A program made the position numbers and the translations under genes. From Octopus sinensis (Eukaryota): a stretch of DNA of 64,000 nucleotides. Below are positions 1 through 13,171 of the stretch, one piece after another. The notes beneath the pieces are model-generated. The model was not told the DNA's origin and did not search any database. It saw nothing but the letters and a program-made list of their open reading frames with translations. Location of the stretch: positions 2,790,001-2,854,000 of the forward strand of contig NC_042997.1 in assembly GCF_006345805.1 (NCBI RefSeq), given 5' to 3'. Every line of letters begins with the position of its first letter. Positions within the stretch are counted from its first letter, which is position 1.

Positions 1-9
1 GTCACAAAA

Positions 10-195
10 ATGAATCATTGTTTGCATCGAATTATAACATGTGATGACAAATGGGTTCTATACAACAACCGCAACCGTTCAGCACAGTGGTTGGACAAAG
101 ACGAGTCACGAAAGCACAGTCCAAAATGAAAAAAATCATCAAAAGAAGACGATGGTGTGAGTTTGGTTGTCTGGCGAATGTGTTATCCATTATTA
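10..195 (+). mobile_element. Mariner transposase remnant (catalytic-domain N-terminal part, degraded)
   Basis: Frame from nt 10 reads MNHCLHRIITCDDKWVLYNNRNRSAQWLDKDESRKHSPK*, matching the mariner FLDRIVTCDEKWILYDNRRRSAQWLD motif; continues with frameshifts (KKTMV..VW...VIHY). Confidence 0.85.
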
Positions 196-1304
196 TTTCA
201 TTAAACTTGGCTCATCAATCATGGCCGCAGTATAGTGCAGCACACTATATAGTTACGGTCTTAATCATTATCGTTATACTTTATCACTAAGTTGCGGAAT
301 AATATCACACATTGCTGGATATTACGCGCTATAAATGCAAGTGTTGACGCAAACCATAAGTCACACACACACGTACACACACTCCCACGCACGGACCCCC
401 ATACAAACACAGAAACACAAGCACACACAAAACACAGTTACACATAGTAACACGCACCCCCACACAAGAAGACATACAGTTTAACCGGCAAATTGGAGTG
501 AGGTTTCGGGAAATGGGCAGAATGATATGCGATCTCTTAAGAATCTATGTGATTTTATATGATATCGAGGACTGGAGAGCATTTCATCGTTCCTGGGCTG
601 ATAAACGAACGTAGTAATGCAGAGTGGTCGATTAGCGTTATTTTTGCGCTTTTCATTCGTGTTTTCTGATATGCTCCAGTGAGAATTCAAGTTAAAATCT
701 CATCCTATATCATCCAAGCGGAGCCAAGAATGAAAACGTTGTTTTCACCATATTCGAGTCGATCATCAAAGAATTACCTGTTCTAAATTACTCACCATAT
801 TTATGGAAGGATTGCTATTGAACGAATGCGACCACACGAATTAGCTACGCAACAGTTTTAATCAGTTTAGTACAATAACAAATTGAACGATATCCTTTCG
901 CTAATTAATATGATAATACGAAAATGTGTTTATATGCCGTTGCTACAACTAAAACTCGGAAATTTCATTGGCTTATCTATTGAATTAAACGTATACTTAA
1001 TGATATATGTGCCAACTGTGGAATTGTAACTGCTTGAAGTAAAATGATAATCAATCGCTCATTTCCAAGGTCAAGTGTTAGTCTGTATGGATCAATAGTG
1101 ATACGTTTCATGGATATATTAGTACTATTATCAAATGTTGCGAGAGCCTTATTGAAACACAACTCTGTAATATGATTATTTGTATGCACGATTTCCAGTG
1201 TGCATTAGAACAATCTAATGCTTATATCTAGTGTAAGAATGAAAATATATGTTTCATCGCATTTGTGCATGAACATACTGACTTGTTATAGTGCAAAATC
1301 TGTT

Positions 1305-1305
1305 A

Positions 1306-1367
<62 letters not shown>
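1305..1367. repeat. (AT)n microsatellite
   Basis: Direct reading; source of the YIYIYI ORFs at 1218-1565 and 1254-1484. Confidence 0.97.
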
Positions 1368-1369
<2 letters not shown>

Positions 1370-4019
1370 GTGTATAATTCCTTTCTCTTCTCTGTTTGTC
1401 TATTTCTTTGTATGTATACCTACGTACATACATACATTCACATGCACGAACACACAAATACATACCATACATACACAAACACACAAGCTCATTTATTTAG
1501 AGAGAGGGTACGGTGTAGTGCTAAAGAAGATTGTTAGAACTTTTATTATCAATGAGATCTATTGATACCTAATGGCTTATTTTTGATAGTTGATAGAATT
1601 GTCTATGAACCTAAAGAGGTACAGTAATATAAGGATTACTCTTAAATATTTTATTTTGGAGTATTTTCTATTCATTCACCTAAAAATATATTCATTAAAT
1701 ATTTCATAAGCAATATTATTAGTTTGTTTTGTGGAGTACCCTATCAAAATTCATGTATATACTGAATATATTTTTAAAATCCATTTTCGAAAAAAATGTG
1801 AGTACTAACTAAATACTATTTCTTTAAAATTCTATAGAGCAACATTGAACTTTTTATGTAATTTCCTTAAAGCATTACATTACCCGATTTCAGAATTGAT
1901 ACATACAGCATTTCCCACTGAAAATTCTAACTTCAATCACATCTAACTACGTGCACATCAGCTTTCAAATTTATTGTGAAACGGGCTGGTTGAACACGTC
2001 AATATAATTAATTTATTGCTATAAAACAGAAAAGGGTTATGATTATATAACAGAGAACATTGGTTTATTTCCTTATTGAGAATCTACTTCAGAATTATAA
2101 AACAAAGGAAATAAATATACCTGTTCTACATACATTAATGGTGTAATATACTTGATTCAGCCTCACAATACAGAATCACGTAAATGAAGGAATCTACAAT
2201 GCTAATGGATGCCCTATTTATCTAAACATAAACATAATTAGATATTGCCAGCTACTCCTTAAGCTGTCCAATCACAATTTTGAATTAATCTGCATTACAC
2301 TCAAAGAATAAATGATATATTTCAAGGGGATAATATATATGAAAATAATGTCATATTTTCATAATTACATCTCTCGAATGTAATTCCTACTTACGTGACG
2401 TTATATTTCTTGTGTAGTGCAAAATCAGTCCTTATCAAATAGTCTATAATGGAAAGCGTTCATTTATATCTTTTCTGTGGGGGTGCAGGTTAACATTAAC
2501 ATGCTCTTTCGCTACAATCAATAGTAGATTGTACCAAACTGTAGACATCCATTGTAGGCTTGTCATACCTGTTTCGGTTTAACTATTAAATATAACATTC
2601 CCGGCTTCTATATAATTATCAATGCACATAAAAGATAACTTATATTAAGATATAATTTATATTAAGCATGTTATTTATCCACTCCATCTCTAAATTCCAT
2701 GGTAAGGGCTTAATATTTCTATTATGCTTTGTAAAGTTCTTTTTCCGTTTCAAAGTACTAATTAAAAATAGTAATATTTACTGTGATAACGTGAATGGAT
2801 TTGTTGAAATTGCACAGTAAATCGTAAGAAATACCGCTGTAATTACTGCTGATTCTTGAGGATGGCGGCAATTTACCACGGAAATATAAGGAAATAAAAT
2901 AATTTTAGCAATACAAGAGTTTCCATTTATCAGCAACGGTTTGTTGCTGGAGAAAAGAAACCCCGAGAATCGGCTGTGGATACTAGAATTATAAAATATC
3001 AGCAAAAATATTGCTGTAATTATCGTTACCGGGTAGTTGCAATAGTTATTCCGATGTACCTTCACATAAATCTCTAACGTAGACAAAATACCTACTCCAA
3101 ATACCTTGGTCATTTCAGTGGAATATAGTATCTCACTAGAAAACAAAATCATTCGTCAGGAAATTATACGTCTTCCTCTAAAACAGCAAATTGTCAAATT
3201 ATAATCACTACTTTCAAAACAATCCTAAATTATATCGTTGGATTTTAGTGTTCGGGATAACGTTAGTGTGAAACTGCTGTCAATACATTTAACACGTAGG
3301 AATTCTTCATGATTGAGCTTTAGTTTAATAAGAGAGTGGCGTTCTATTTCAATACTTTTAAAGAAATATTATACTTCAATGTTATGATATATAATTCAAC
3401 AGAGCACATGATTCTTCGAATTTGCAATATAGTAGGTTAATACACACTTGAATATATAAATGCAGGTCTTATCTAATCATTACTGACTATGCGAATAATA
3501 TGAAAAGCGAATAATATGAAATATTCTGTTACAGATGGTCATAATCTAACGTAATATTTGCAACGTTAATGCAATTCTATCTCGTTAGTGACAAATAGTA
3601 ATGGAACAACGGAACATATACGAGCAATAGGCTGTCGATAAAGGTGATGGACATCTAATTATATTCTGATGATGTCCATAGTGAGACTAGGCGTGAATAA
3701 ATGGATTAACAATCGAAGTTCACGCTGATAGTAAACTGCGCTTTATAATTTAACTCCTATTTATTTTTATAAAAAAAATATCTTTCCGGCATTTTACTAC
3801 TTGAAGCACTAATTATATTACAACAATTTTTTTAAAATTCGACATAAACTGTATATATAATATACCCGAAAAATAGAATGAAATCCATTTATTTAAAATG
3901 TTAATATACCCTATTTTGCAGAACGTTGTTATATATGGTTAAATATAAATATACAAACAAATACATGGCAGAAAATTATGTCCATTTGATCATAATATAT
4001 TGCTTTCAAATTGTGGAAT

Positions 4020-4211
4020 AGGTCAGTAGTTTCGATGGAAGGGGTATGCTGATTAGATAAACCCAGTCCTCAATTGACCCTTATTTAATCGATCCCGAAA
4101 GGATGAAAAGCCAAGTCGACCTCGGCAAAATTTGAACTCAGAACCTAAAGATTGACGAAATGCTGCTAAGTATTTCGCCCTGAGTGCTAACGATTATGCC
4201 ATCTCAACGCC
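4020..4211 (-). mobile_element. tRNA-derived SINE, family A (octopus-type; central domain resembles the MetaSINE domain)
   Basis: Reverse complement has A-box-like TGGCATAATCG, B-box GAGTTCAAATT and the body GAGGTCGACTTGGCTTTTCATCCTTTCGGGATCGATTAAATAAG, which recurs elsewhere in the window. Confidence 0.8.
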
Positions 4212-4888
4212 ATTTTATGTACAGAGATTCCAATATTTTTGTATTAAAGTTATGTAGCATTAGTTTTATCTATTGTAATTTCCAGGAATACGTAGACTAT
4301 TATAAAATAATCAGGAGCTCTCTCTACCCTAACTCAATCACTTTACCATACGAAAATATCTAGGCAGTGGTTTGTATTTATGATTATTTGTATGAGTATT
4401 TGTATATCAATTCAGGCATTTCAGAGATATTAGTTGACCACGTAAACACACTCAAATGGACATATGAAATATATACATAGTCAGGCACCAACAGCACATA
4501 TGTACTAAATTGATATGTACACTAACTAATTTATCGGACTTCAATCCACACACCAACGCGCACACACCCGCACTTAAACACACACGTTTATGGTGACAGT
4601 TATTTGCACACATAAAGGATCCTGAAATGCACACATAAAAGACCAATCATTCTGATATTGACCTGTTTGAATGCTGAAAATTAAAAAAAAAACGATAACC
4701 AATTCCAAATGAAAACGTGAATTCTGTAAATGCCTCTGGTTTATGATAGAAACCTGGAAGATAAAATATTGCTTTATCAGAAGAAATCGTTTACAAACTA
4801 GCATATTCTGGATGATGAAATTATGCCAAGTACATGAATGGTATGTATGAATAATTTGACCGAGGCACGATATTTTCAAAGGATATGA

Positions 4889-4967
4889 TGACGCAAGATG
4901 GCCGACTTAGATGTTCGAACACGGCTGTAAATCAAGGGAGCCTGCAACATTTCCGGCAATGACGTAA
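4889..4967. promoter_or_regulatory. Putative promoter-like motif cluster (ATF/CEBP-like, YY1-like, ETS core, CRE-like)
   Basis: TGACGCAA 4889-4896, CAAGATGGCCG 4894-4904, TTCCGG 4951-4956 and ATGACGTAA 4959-4967 in a CpG-containing patch; no linked gene identified. Confidence 0.3.
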
Positions 4968-5913
4968 CTATTTCTTGGATTTGGTATTAGGGAAGTTACA
5001 TGTGATTAGGGATATATGAAAATATTTTCATTAATGGATTTTGTAAGTAGCAAGTGAATATATGACCAGAATAATGGAAATATGAGCCAGAACTTTCTGC
5101 ATGCACTAATCGAATAATCCAGAATGAGCATTCACTATCATCTTTTATACCTATATTTAGGCAACACAGTCAGAAGTGAGATGAAATCTGAGCGCTTGAT
5201 GTTGAATCTTGAAAACTGTCAACAAGAACCGAATATTTCCACAAGAGCAAAGATGTAGAATGATTCCTTGTCAACAATCATCACAATATTTGAATGTTGG
5301 ATCATATACATTTAAAGACACGCATCCCAAGTTTGATGGCGAAGACCACGAGTCGATGAAGCATAGATAAGGCTGAGAGGAGCATGAACTTTAGAAGAGG
5401 TTCTCAGAAGGTATTTCACGACCGAAAACTGATGTCGAGACTAGAAGCTTTTATATCAAATTTCTAAGAAAAAGTAATTGTGAATATAAAAATACAAAAT
5501 GTTATACTGGTGGACAGTATAATATGAGATAAAAAAATGTGATAGGATGTTTCTGACAACATTCCAGGATAATGGCTTTGGGCTAAGAGAAGTTATTGTG
5601 TACAAAAGCTGAAGCCAATTCTCAAGCAGGTGTAAATATAATTTTAAAGATTAATGAGAATAGAAAAAAAAAATGCAATTAGTATTCTGTATCTGCTTTA
5701 CATTCCCCAGCTCTAATTATCGAAGGAATTTGATACGTGATTAAAAGCCTCAGTAGTACTCTTGTAAAACTTGACTTCACAATATCATAAAGAACAATCT
5801 TGTACAGAATACAATAGTTAAAACCCATCAAATGAACAGCAAGCATATGCAAAACATTCAAGAAGTGAAGCACGTAGATATTGCTTCTCATTACACCAGT
5901 CAAAGTATCACAT

Positions 5914-7128
5914 AGCAGAGGGGGCTGAAAAGTTCGTATGCTGACTATGAAGGTGTGATGCTAGAGCTGCGAAATCTGGCATGCATTAATTTCAACAATT
6001 CGTATTACTAACAATTATTATTTTGTTCAGGTAAACTGACATCTCACTGTTCAAAGAAAATTTCTGAAGTAAGTGGTAGAGACTTTTCTAACGACTCCTC
6101 TTGAAAATGGACAAAATTTGGCACCCAGTTGTTATCACGTACCTGCAGCAAAAGGGTTTAGCCACCAAATATATTCATGCTGACATGGTTGCTACATAAA
6201 TGGATGAGACTCCTGCTTGAGAAAAAGTTCAAAAGAGGACATCTAAGTTTAAAAGGAGAGGGAGAGAGTTGAAGACGACCTAAGTGCCATCACCAACGAA
6301 AACATTGATCGTTTTCACATGGAGATAAATTACAGACAATTGGCTATAAACCAGATAGCCAAAGTTATTAGATTAACCCATGTGTGAGTGGAGAATATTT
6401 TGCACAATGATCTCGGAGTAACGAAGGTGCCTTGCACGGTGGATTCCACGTCTTCTGACATATTTCAAAAGTGCACCAGGCTGATCATTTCAGAAAAAAA
6501 TCTGACATTGTCTGAATACGACCCAGCAGGTGTCCTTGAATATTGCCCAGCCAGTGACGAGTGTTGTGTTCATCACTCTGATCCAGAGACATTGAGACTA
6601 AACATGCAGTGAAAACATCTCAGGTCACCTACTTACTCCAAAGCAGGTCAGGGAAGGTGATAGTTTCAGTCTATTAATTATCCTCAAAACGGCTACATCA
6701 TAAATGGATTGTATTATGCTAATTTGTTGAGGCAACTATCAAGAACAAACGTCCAGATAACTAACGAAAGGTGTCTACTTTCATGAAGACCCTACTCTAG
6801 TACAAAAGTCCTTAATTTTATTGGCTGCTGTGCGTAATGAGCCTCCCTATTCCTCTGCTTTGGCCCCATCTGGCTATCAACTGTTTTCCAGCAGGAAAAC
6901 ACACTTATATGGAACTAATATTGCAGTGCTGAAAACGTCATATCTGAGGTTGAATGATTTTTGACAAACAAGAGGAAAGCCTTTTCACCAAATGGATTCA
7001 AACACTGCAAAACAGGTGGAAGTAATCTGTGAGCCGCATATGTTATTATGTTGAAAAAGAAACTTCATCCGGTCACGTCCCACAAAAGTATATTGGTCAG
7101 CGTATGAAATTCTCAGCCGACCCTTGTA
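5914..7128 (+). mobile_element. Near full-length, inactive mariner DNA transposon (~1.2 kb) with degenerate TIRs
   Basis: Left end GAGGGGGCTGAAAAGTTCGTATGCTGACTAT vs right-end reverse complement TACAAGGGTCGGCTGAGAATTTCATACGCTGACCAAT. ATG at 6107 gives MDKIWHPVVITYLQQKG. Motifs ARWIPRLLT, SDECCVHHSDPET and PYSSALAPSGYQLF (YSPDLAPSDY-like). Multiple stops and frameshifts. Confidence 0.9.
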
Positions 7129-7198
7129 TTGTAGCTGGGGATCTTAGGAGTGAATACATGCTTATAACACCGAAATAAGCACCCTGGTTGTGGTAGAT

Positions 7199-7573
7199 AT
7201 TCGCCTATATGGCTGTTAGGCGGAGGTTCTGTTTGAGTCGTGTTTCTTTGTTTTTTTACTTTAGTTTATTTGTTTCCCGTGGATAAGATATCTCAAGAAC
7301 CGCTAGATGGATTCGGATGTTTGACCGAGAGACTGGCACGAACTGATTAGATTTTGGGAGCAATCCGATACCGGACAAAGCTTCTGTATTATTTTCCTTG
7401 TTATTTTTTTACTTAATTTTTGAGAGCGGTCGGGTTCATTTTAATATTCTCGTTTGTGAGAGTAGTCGAGTTTATTTCAGATATTCTCATTTTAAAAATC
7501 ATTTCTTGCTCATCGTTGAGTAGACGTTGGTGTTGTCTTGGACGAGGTTTGCGCTCTGTGAGTGCACTTGTTT
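7199..7573 (+). mobile_element. Helentron-associated non-autonomous element (HINE/DINE-1-like)
   Basis: 5' inverted motif TTCGCCT...AGGCGGAG, degenerate (TTTG)n, body GATATCTCAAGAACCGCTAGATGGATT, 3' GGACGAGGTT followed by hairpin GCGCTC-TGT-GAGTGC and a T-rich end. Confidence 0.6.
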
Positions 7574-10437
7574 ATCACTTATTCAATAGCGTACGAAACT
7601 CAGAAGAAATTCATTCATTAATATTTGATATATGAATCAATACGTGAGGCAAATACAATCATTGGCAGATAAACGTGTGAGGGAGAGAAACTATCTGTAT
7701 GAGTATACAGATTTTATCATACTTACGTAGACATGGATATATTCATAATTGCAAGCGTTTAAACCGCATGTACGCGCACATAGGTAAACATAGATTTAAG
7801 CCTATGATAATATTTTTGCTACTTCGTCATTGATTGGTATATATAATATTAATGAATGAAGTTTTTGTGAGTTTCAGACTTTATAGAGTGATAAATAACT
7901 CGAAAACAGAAACTGCTAGATTGATTCAATATCAGTTCTGTGAATATCCAATACAAAGGATGATTACTGTGTTATATGCGCATATTTACGCATAAATTCG
8001 CTTCTTTAAAATATGAAATTATTTTGTAAGCATTATTCCCTGAAGCAATGCATATTTTTTTTCTTTTTCTTCCTAAAATGAATGCACGCCACATTTCGAA
8101 TATTACTTTTCTTTAGAAACCCAAAAGGATCGATTTACAAATTTAGACTTAACGGTAGGGATTATTTCAAAATACCACTTTTCGCTTAACAATTATTGTT
8201 TATCATATTTGTCAATTTCCTGTTATTCTTTATTAAATTTGTTAAAGTATTGATCAATACCTGTACTAAATATATGCAGGAAGGATGAAATTAGGTTAAC
8301 GGCAAGAGAAGGACAGAGAAACTTAAATTTATATGAAATCGTAGGAATGGTGTTGTAACATTATGAACTTTAAAAGTCCGGCGGTGCCTATTGCTCATGG
8401 GGTTGAAATACAGCCGATTTCTTTAAGATGGACTATAAGAATGTGAAAGATAAGGAGGGCAAAAACTGTCTGTTTTAACCGAATGTCATTTTTCCTATTG
8501 ACCACCAAATTATGCAAAACACTCATTTATTTCACAAAAAGATCAGGAAAATACTGAAAAACAATGTTTTTCGAAGCTTTGAAGCTTCTGTCTATATACT
8601 ATTTTATTTAAAATCATACCTTCATATATACGTTGTCCGACATTGTTATCACGTTGTTTTCTACCGATGAGACATGATATAGTGCACTGTAACTATATAA
8701 TGAAAACCGTTCGTAGGGTAATCCTGAGGCCAAATATATAAAGAAGCATCATAGCTACACATGCTATGAAAAAATACTGGCGGATTGTTCAACTGAAACT
8801 CTCAACAAAAGGTGAATACACCAGGGGCCGAGGAACAGAAATCCTGTACAGTAGTGTAAATCAGTTGCCATGCGGATATCACCATAAATTTAAAGATCAT
8901 AGAAAATTAAAAACAAAAACAAAAAAAAACAACAAAAAAAAACAAAATAAACTGCGTTGCACTATTGAGAAACTTACTGATACCCTGCCTGGATTGCCTT
9001 ATTAGCTGAAGTGAAGGAAGCATGTTCTTTGTCTATCTCCTTACTTTCTTGGAGATTTTAGGTAAATTTATAGTAATGTGTCCATCTGTTTTAATTTAAT
9101 CAAATTCTACGTCTTTATGCAGCTGAAGATTGCTCTGAATTTAAATTGATGTAAATGATTGCATTCTTCAATTAAATGGAGTTGCTTGAAACGATCGTAC
9201 TTCATTACCTCTGGATATCCTTTGTGCTTATTTTGAATTTAATCGCTTCATTTGGATTGTTTTCTTATATAAACAACGTCCACATATTTGAGTGATTCAC
9301 AGGATTATTGTCAAATTTACCGTAACATGCAAGATGTTGTACAACACCTTAGCATATAGCCATAGTCATTGTTAGAGGGGAGCTAGACTTTTGTTTCAAT
9401 GATACTTATATTATAAATTATCAATCTATATGTTTCAGAAGGTGGTTAAATATATTTCCTATTTTTATTTTATGATATAACTACTCAGAGAAAGGTAATT
9501 TATTGATCAGGAATTGAAAATGTTTTCCTTGAAATGACTTTCAGTCGAATTATTCATTAGTATTGGCTAATGGAGTATGAAAATATCACTATCCCTTTCA
9601 TTTTAATATAGAAAATGATTTTTGTTTTTTGGCTTATCGTTTGCGCAGATATTTGTGATGTGTGAAGTTATATTTTTGACAAGCGATCAAATACTAGATA
9701 TAAGGTAATGAAGTTTGCAAGTTAACCACTTATCAGAGAATCTTCAACATATTATTAAGAATATAAAATGGAAATACTGAATAATTTACAACACGAAGCG
9801 ATGAATGAATGGACTGAATTTGAGCAATGAAAAAATATCAAAGCCATCAAATACGACGAATTTATACACAGATTGAGAAGATGTCAAACAATACTCGTTA
9901 TTGAGATGGGTAGTGTTTCAACTTGATGATAGGACTACTCATACAATCCTTTCATTTACAAAAGTTTCACTCATGGATTGCAGTTGCCAAAATAACAAAC
10001 ATTTCCTGGTTGACCATATAAGCTCATATGTGATTTAACTTATAAAGTTGACATTCGATGTACACTTTTGAATTTGCAGCGTGTTATGCCCATGAAGAAA
10101 GTAAAAGGTCATCCTACAACCGAGTGTACAGGAACATGCTGAATAAGATAGTAAAGCCGTACATTTAATACAACGCTACTTAGTGCAACTGTACTCCAGC
10201 TCGACCGAGCGTTTACCTCATCTGCAAATATATTTTTCGTTGTATTTGCATTTAGGGTTACCAAGGAAAAATTCTGTATCCATGCCTGAGGACTCTCAGC
10301 AATGCAGAAAGACATGCAACTTAAGACGTATGTTGTCACATATGGGCGGATATTCCTGAGGAGGGTATTATCTCAGCAAATGTTCTTCCATGTTCGAGTT
10401 AACATGAATGTGTTAAATGTGATTAGACATACGGAAT

Positions 10438-10456
10438 TACACACACACACACACAC

Positions 10457-10503
<47 letters not shown>

Positions 10504-10530
10504 ATATACATACATGCATATATATATATG
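10438..10530. repeat. Compound (CA)n/(AT)n microsatellite
   Basis: Direct reading. Confidence 0.95.
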
Positions 10531-10533
10531 TGT

Positions 10534-10785
10534 GGAGACGCATTGATTAGTGGTTAGGGTGTCAGCATTATGATAGTAAGATTGTGGTTTCGATTCCTGG
10601 ACCGGGCAACACGTGTTCTTGAGCAAGACACTTCATTTCACGTTGCTCCGGTCCACTCTGCTGGCAAAAAATGAGTAACGCTGCGCTGGACTAGCATCCC
10701 GTCAAGGTGTGAAACACATACGCCGTTGAAATCGGGAAACCGGGCCCATGAGCCTGGTTAGGCTTTAAAAGGGCGCATTTATTTA
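10534..10785 (+). mobile_element. tRNA-derived SINE, family C (CORE-like domain)
   Basis: A-box-like TGATTAGTGG, B-box GGTTTCGATTCC (10586-10597), CORE-like GTGTTCTTGAGCAAGACACTT, then TTGCTCCGGTCCACTCTGCTGGCAAAAAATGAGTA and a (TTA)-rich tail. Confidence 0.8.
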
Positions 10786-10831
10786 TTATTATTATGCATA
10801 TATATAATTGGGTACACACAAACACACGAAC

Positions 10832-10864
<33 letters not shown>

Positions 10865-13029
10865 ATATGGATATGTAAGCTTGGATATATATATATGTAA
10901 ATATATATATACAAATACATGCATATACACAAAACAATTTATATATATACATATGTACATAGCCACACAAATATACGTCCATGTATATGAACACATACAT
11001 GTGCATATATTGATATATACGCTTTTATTTTTTTACACGTATATAATCATATACATTTATCAATGCGCATTTGCATATATACAGGCACGCGTGCACACAA
11101 GCACAAGCATACAGAGAAATACGCTCATATAAAACACATATTCTGCGTGTGTGTGTGCTCGCACGCGCGCTTGCGTGCATGATTGTTTAACTGTGAGAGA
11201 GAATATGTTTTCTTACGCATCATATGTCTGTGTATATTATTGTTGTACTCCTTTAATGCAGGGCATCGCGAACGTATATTTTATAACCATGAGGTAGATG
11301 AGATTGATATCTGAATTCATTACAAGCATGTTGATTACGCTGATTCATGATAGGCAGTCTTAATGTGCAACAAATATTATTGGAATAATGATTAGTGTAG
11401 TTTTAATGGCTTGGCAAAATATGATTAAAAATATATAGCACGTACTGCTATTAATATTTATTCAATCTTTCCTAAATACATACTGATGATGAAATATTAA
11501 TATTTCTCTAGTAAAGGGACCAGGTAGATTTATTTTACCTGTTGATTGAACATAAAACTAATTCCAAATAAGCACATACATTTTATATTGAATCGTAACT
11601 TATCCTCCATACCGATCAGAACTGGGGAACGAATCAGATGCTCATGGTACAGGAAAAAAAAAGAGAAAGAAATTATGTCATGTAAAATCAAAAGATTTAC
11701 TAACACGATATAACATGATTACTGTTTGAGATTGTTCTACTGTGACTTTAATGGGACTTAGAATATATTTTATGGAATAACACAAACATTCAAGAATGTA
11801 CACAAAGAAATAGAACATACTCATATAAAATATAAAGATACGGTGGAAGAAAAAAATGCGAAGAAGTTAACCGTTGATATGTTTAATAATTAATCTAAAT
11901 AAGTTATTAAGGTACGGCTTTTATAGGCGAAGTTTAAAAATCAATTTATCATTTTCTTCACACCCGCGCGTATACGAAGGAACACATACAAACACATTCA
12001 CACAAAATCATGAAAATAGTAGAACATCGACAAACACAAAATCACACCTACGAACACACTCGTGTAATTTTCTATGTTGCTACGCGGCAAAGTAATATAA
12101 ACATCGTTAAACGTGATTAGAAAAATTCATAAAGATATATGTGAACGGTATTTACAACATAAAGATAATGTTTCTATATTTTATAATTTAATGACAGATA
12201 ATGTCGAATATTGAAATTTGTTTCGTTGCGTGCTGCGTCATCAGCGAAGCTGGCGGGCATTCAACAGGAAAAGGAAAAACAAAAAAAAAAACAGAAATGG
12301 ATACACCAACATGAACTAAACATAACTTGATACATTGAAAAAACATTATTTTTTTTCCTTTTAGAGTAACACAACGAATTTCACACACACACTTATTGCG
12401 ATAAGCTAACACACATGTAAATACAGACTTTTTTTTTTCAAATATTAATAATATCAACCAGTCAATTAAGGGAAATTTTAACAGCATGAAGCAAACAGTA
12501 TTAGGAAGTATGAAAAAAAAATGAGTAAAAGTGAGCGCAAATATATATTCACACACATACACACATGCACATACAAACACACACACACATACATGCACAT
12601 GCGCACGCAAACACACACACACACTCACACACATAAACACACATACAAATATGCATTAGATATTAAACATATCTTCCAATACATTTATCATTATTTTGCA
12701 GTTTTGTTATTCGGTTTCTTATGAAATACATATTTGTGCCTTATAGTTATTTTGTGCTTTTATTACTTACTTATTCACTATATTCATGTGCATAAAATTG
12801 GGAAAAAAAAGTAAAGCAGTAATATGCTATCTATATTCTAATTAATTTACGCCAATATACGAGAGACACAGCACGAGTTGGTCCGAACATATATATTTTG
12901 TATCACTGAAAACGTTTCATTCGTGTATATTGTAATTTCAAATTCTATTCCACATTCACATCTCCAATATAAATATTTCTGCTGACAATTGCTGTAATAA
13001 AGATGCACGCAAACTCATACACACTCGCA

Positions 13030-13152
13030 CACAAAGACACACACACAATCACTGACACAGACACACACACACACATAAATACGACGAGTTTCTTTTTGCT
13101 TCCTTATAAGAAATCCACTCACAATACTTTGGTAGGCCCGAGGCTATACTAC
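13030..13152 (-). mobile_element. Internal fragment of SINE family B
   Basis: AAATCCACTCACAATACTTTGGTAGGCCCGAGGCTATA matches the reverse complement of the 59415-59813 copy; preceded by a (CA)-rich internal tract. Confidence 0.7.
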
Positions 13153-13171
13153 ACTGGTTCCCAAAAGTTTT

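Noticed and set aside
1218-1565. ORFs rich in [14 protein letters not shown] or IIII (here and at ~10.8k, 16.7k, 20.2k, 21.2k, 31.4k, 36.1k, 37.6k, 39.4k, 41.9k, 42.9k, 54.2k)
   Set aside because: They are translations of microsatellites that lack stop codons in some frames; no coding signal.
3491-3521. 15-nt direct repeat GCGAATAATATGAAA (similar short duplications at ~24758 and ~51198)
   Set aside because: Simple slippage duplications; two units only, not CRISPR-like or functional arrays.
4140-4211. tRNA-like A/B boxes here and at 10534, 59415 and 60006
   Set aside because: They are SINE heads followed by SINE bodies; no complete cloverleaf, so not called tRNA genes.
10080-10430. CLRTL / FLRRVL snippets suggesting an RTE LINE C-terminus
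   Set aside because: Only 5-6 residue matches with no flanking RT motifs; left unassigned.
11484-11506. CTGATGAT followed by the 16-bp palindrome GAAATATTAATATTTC
   Set aside because: An 8-bp-arm AT-rich palindrome is expected a few times by chance in 64 kb, and no GAAA core follows the stem.
12205-12250. Minus-strand CTGATGACGCAGCACGCAACGAAAC resembling a hammerhead
   Set aside because: No G-C closing pair for stem II, no stem III/GUH downstream, and no Penelope context.
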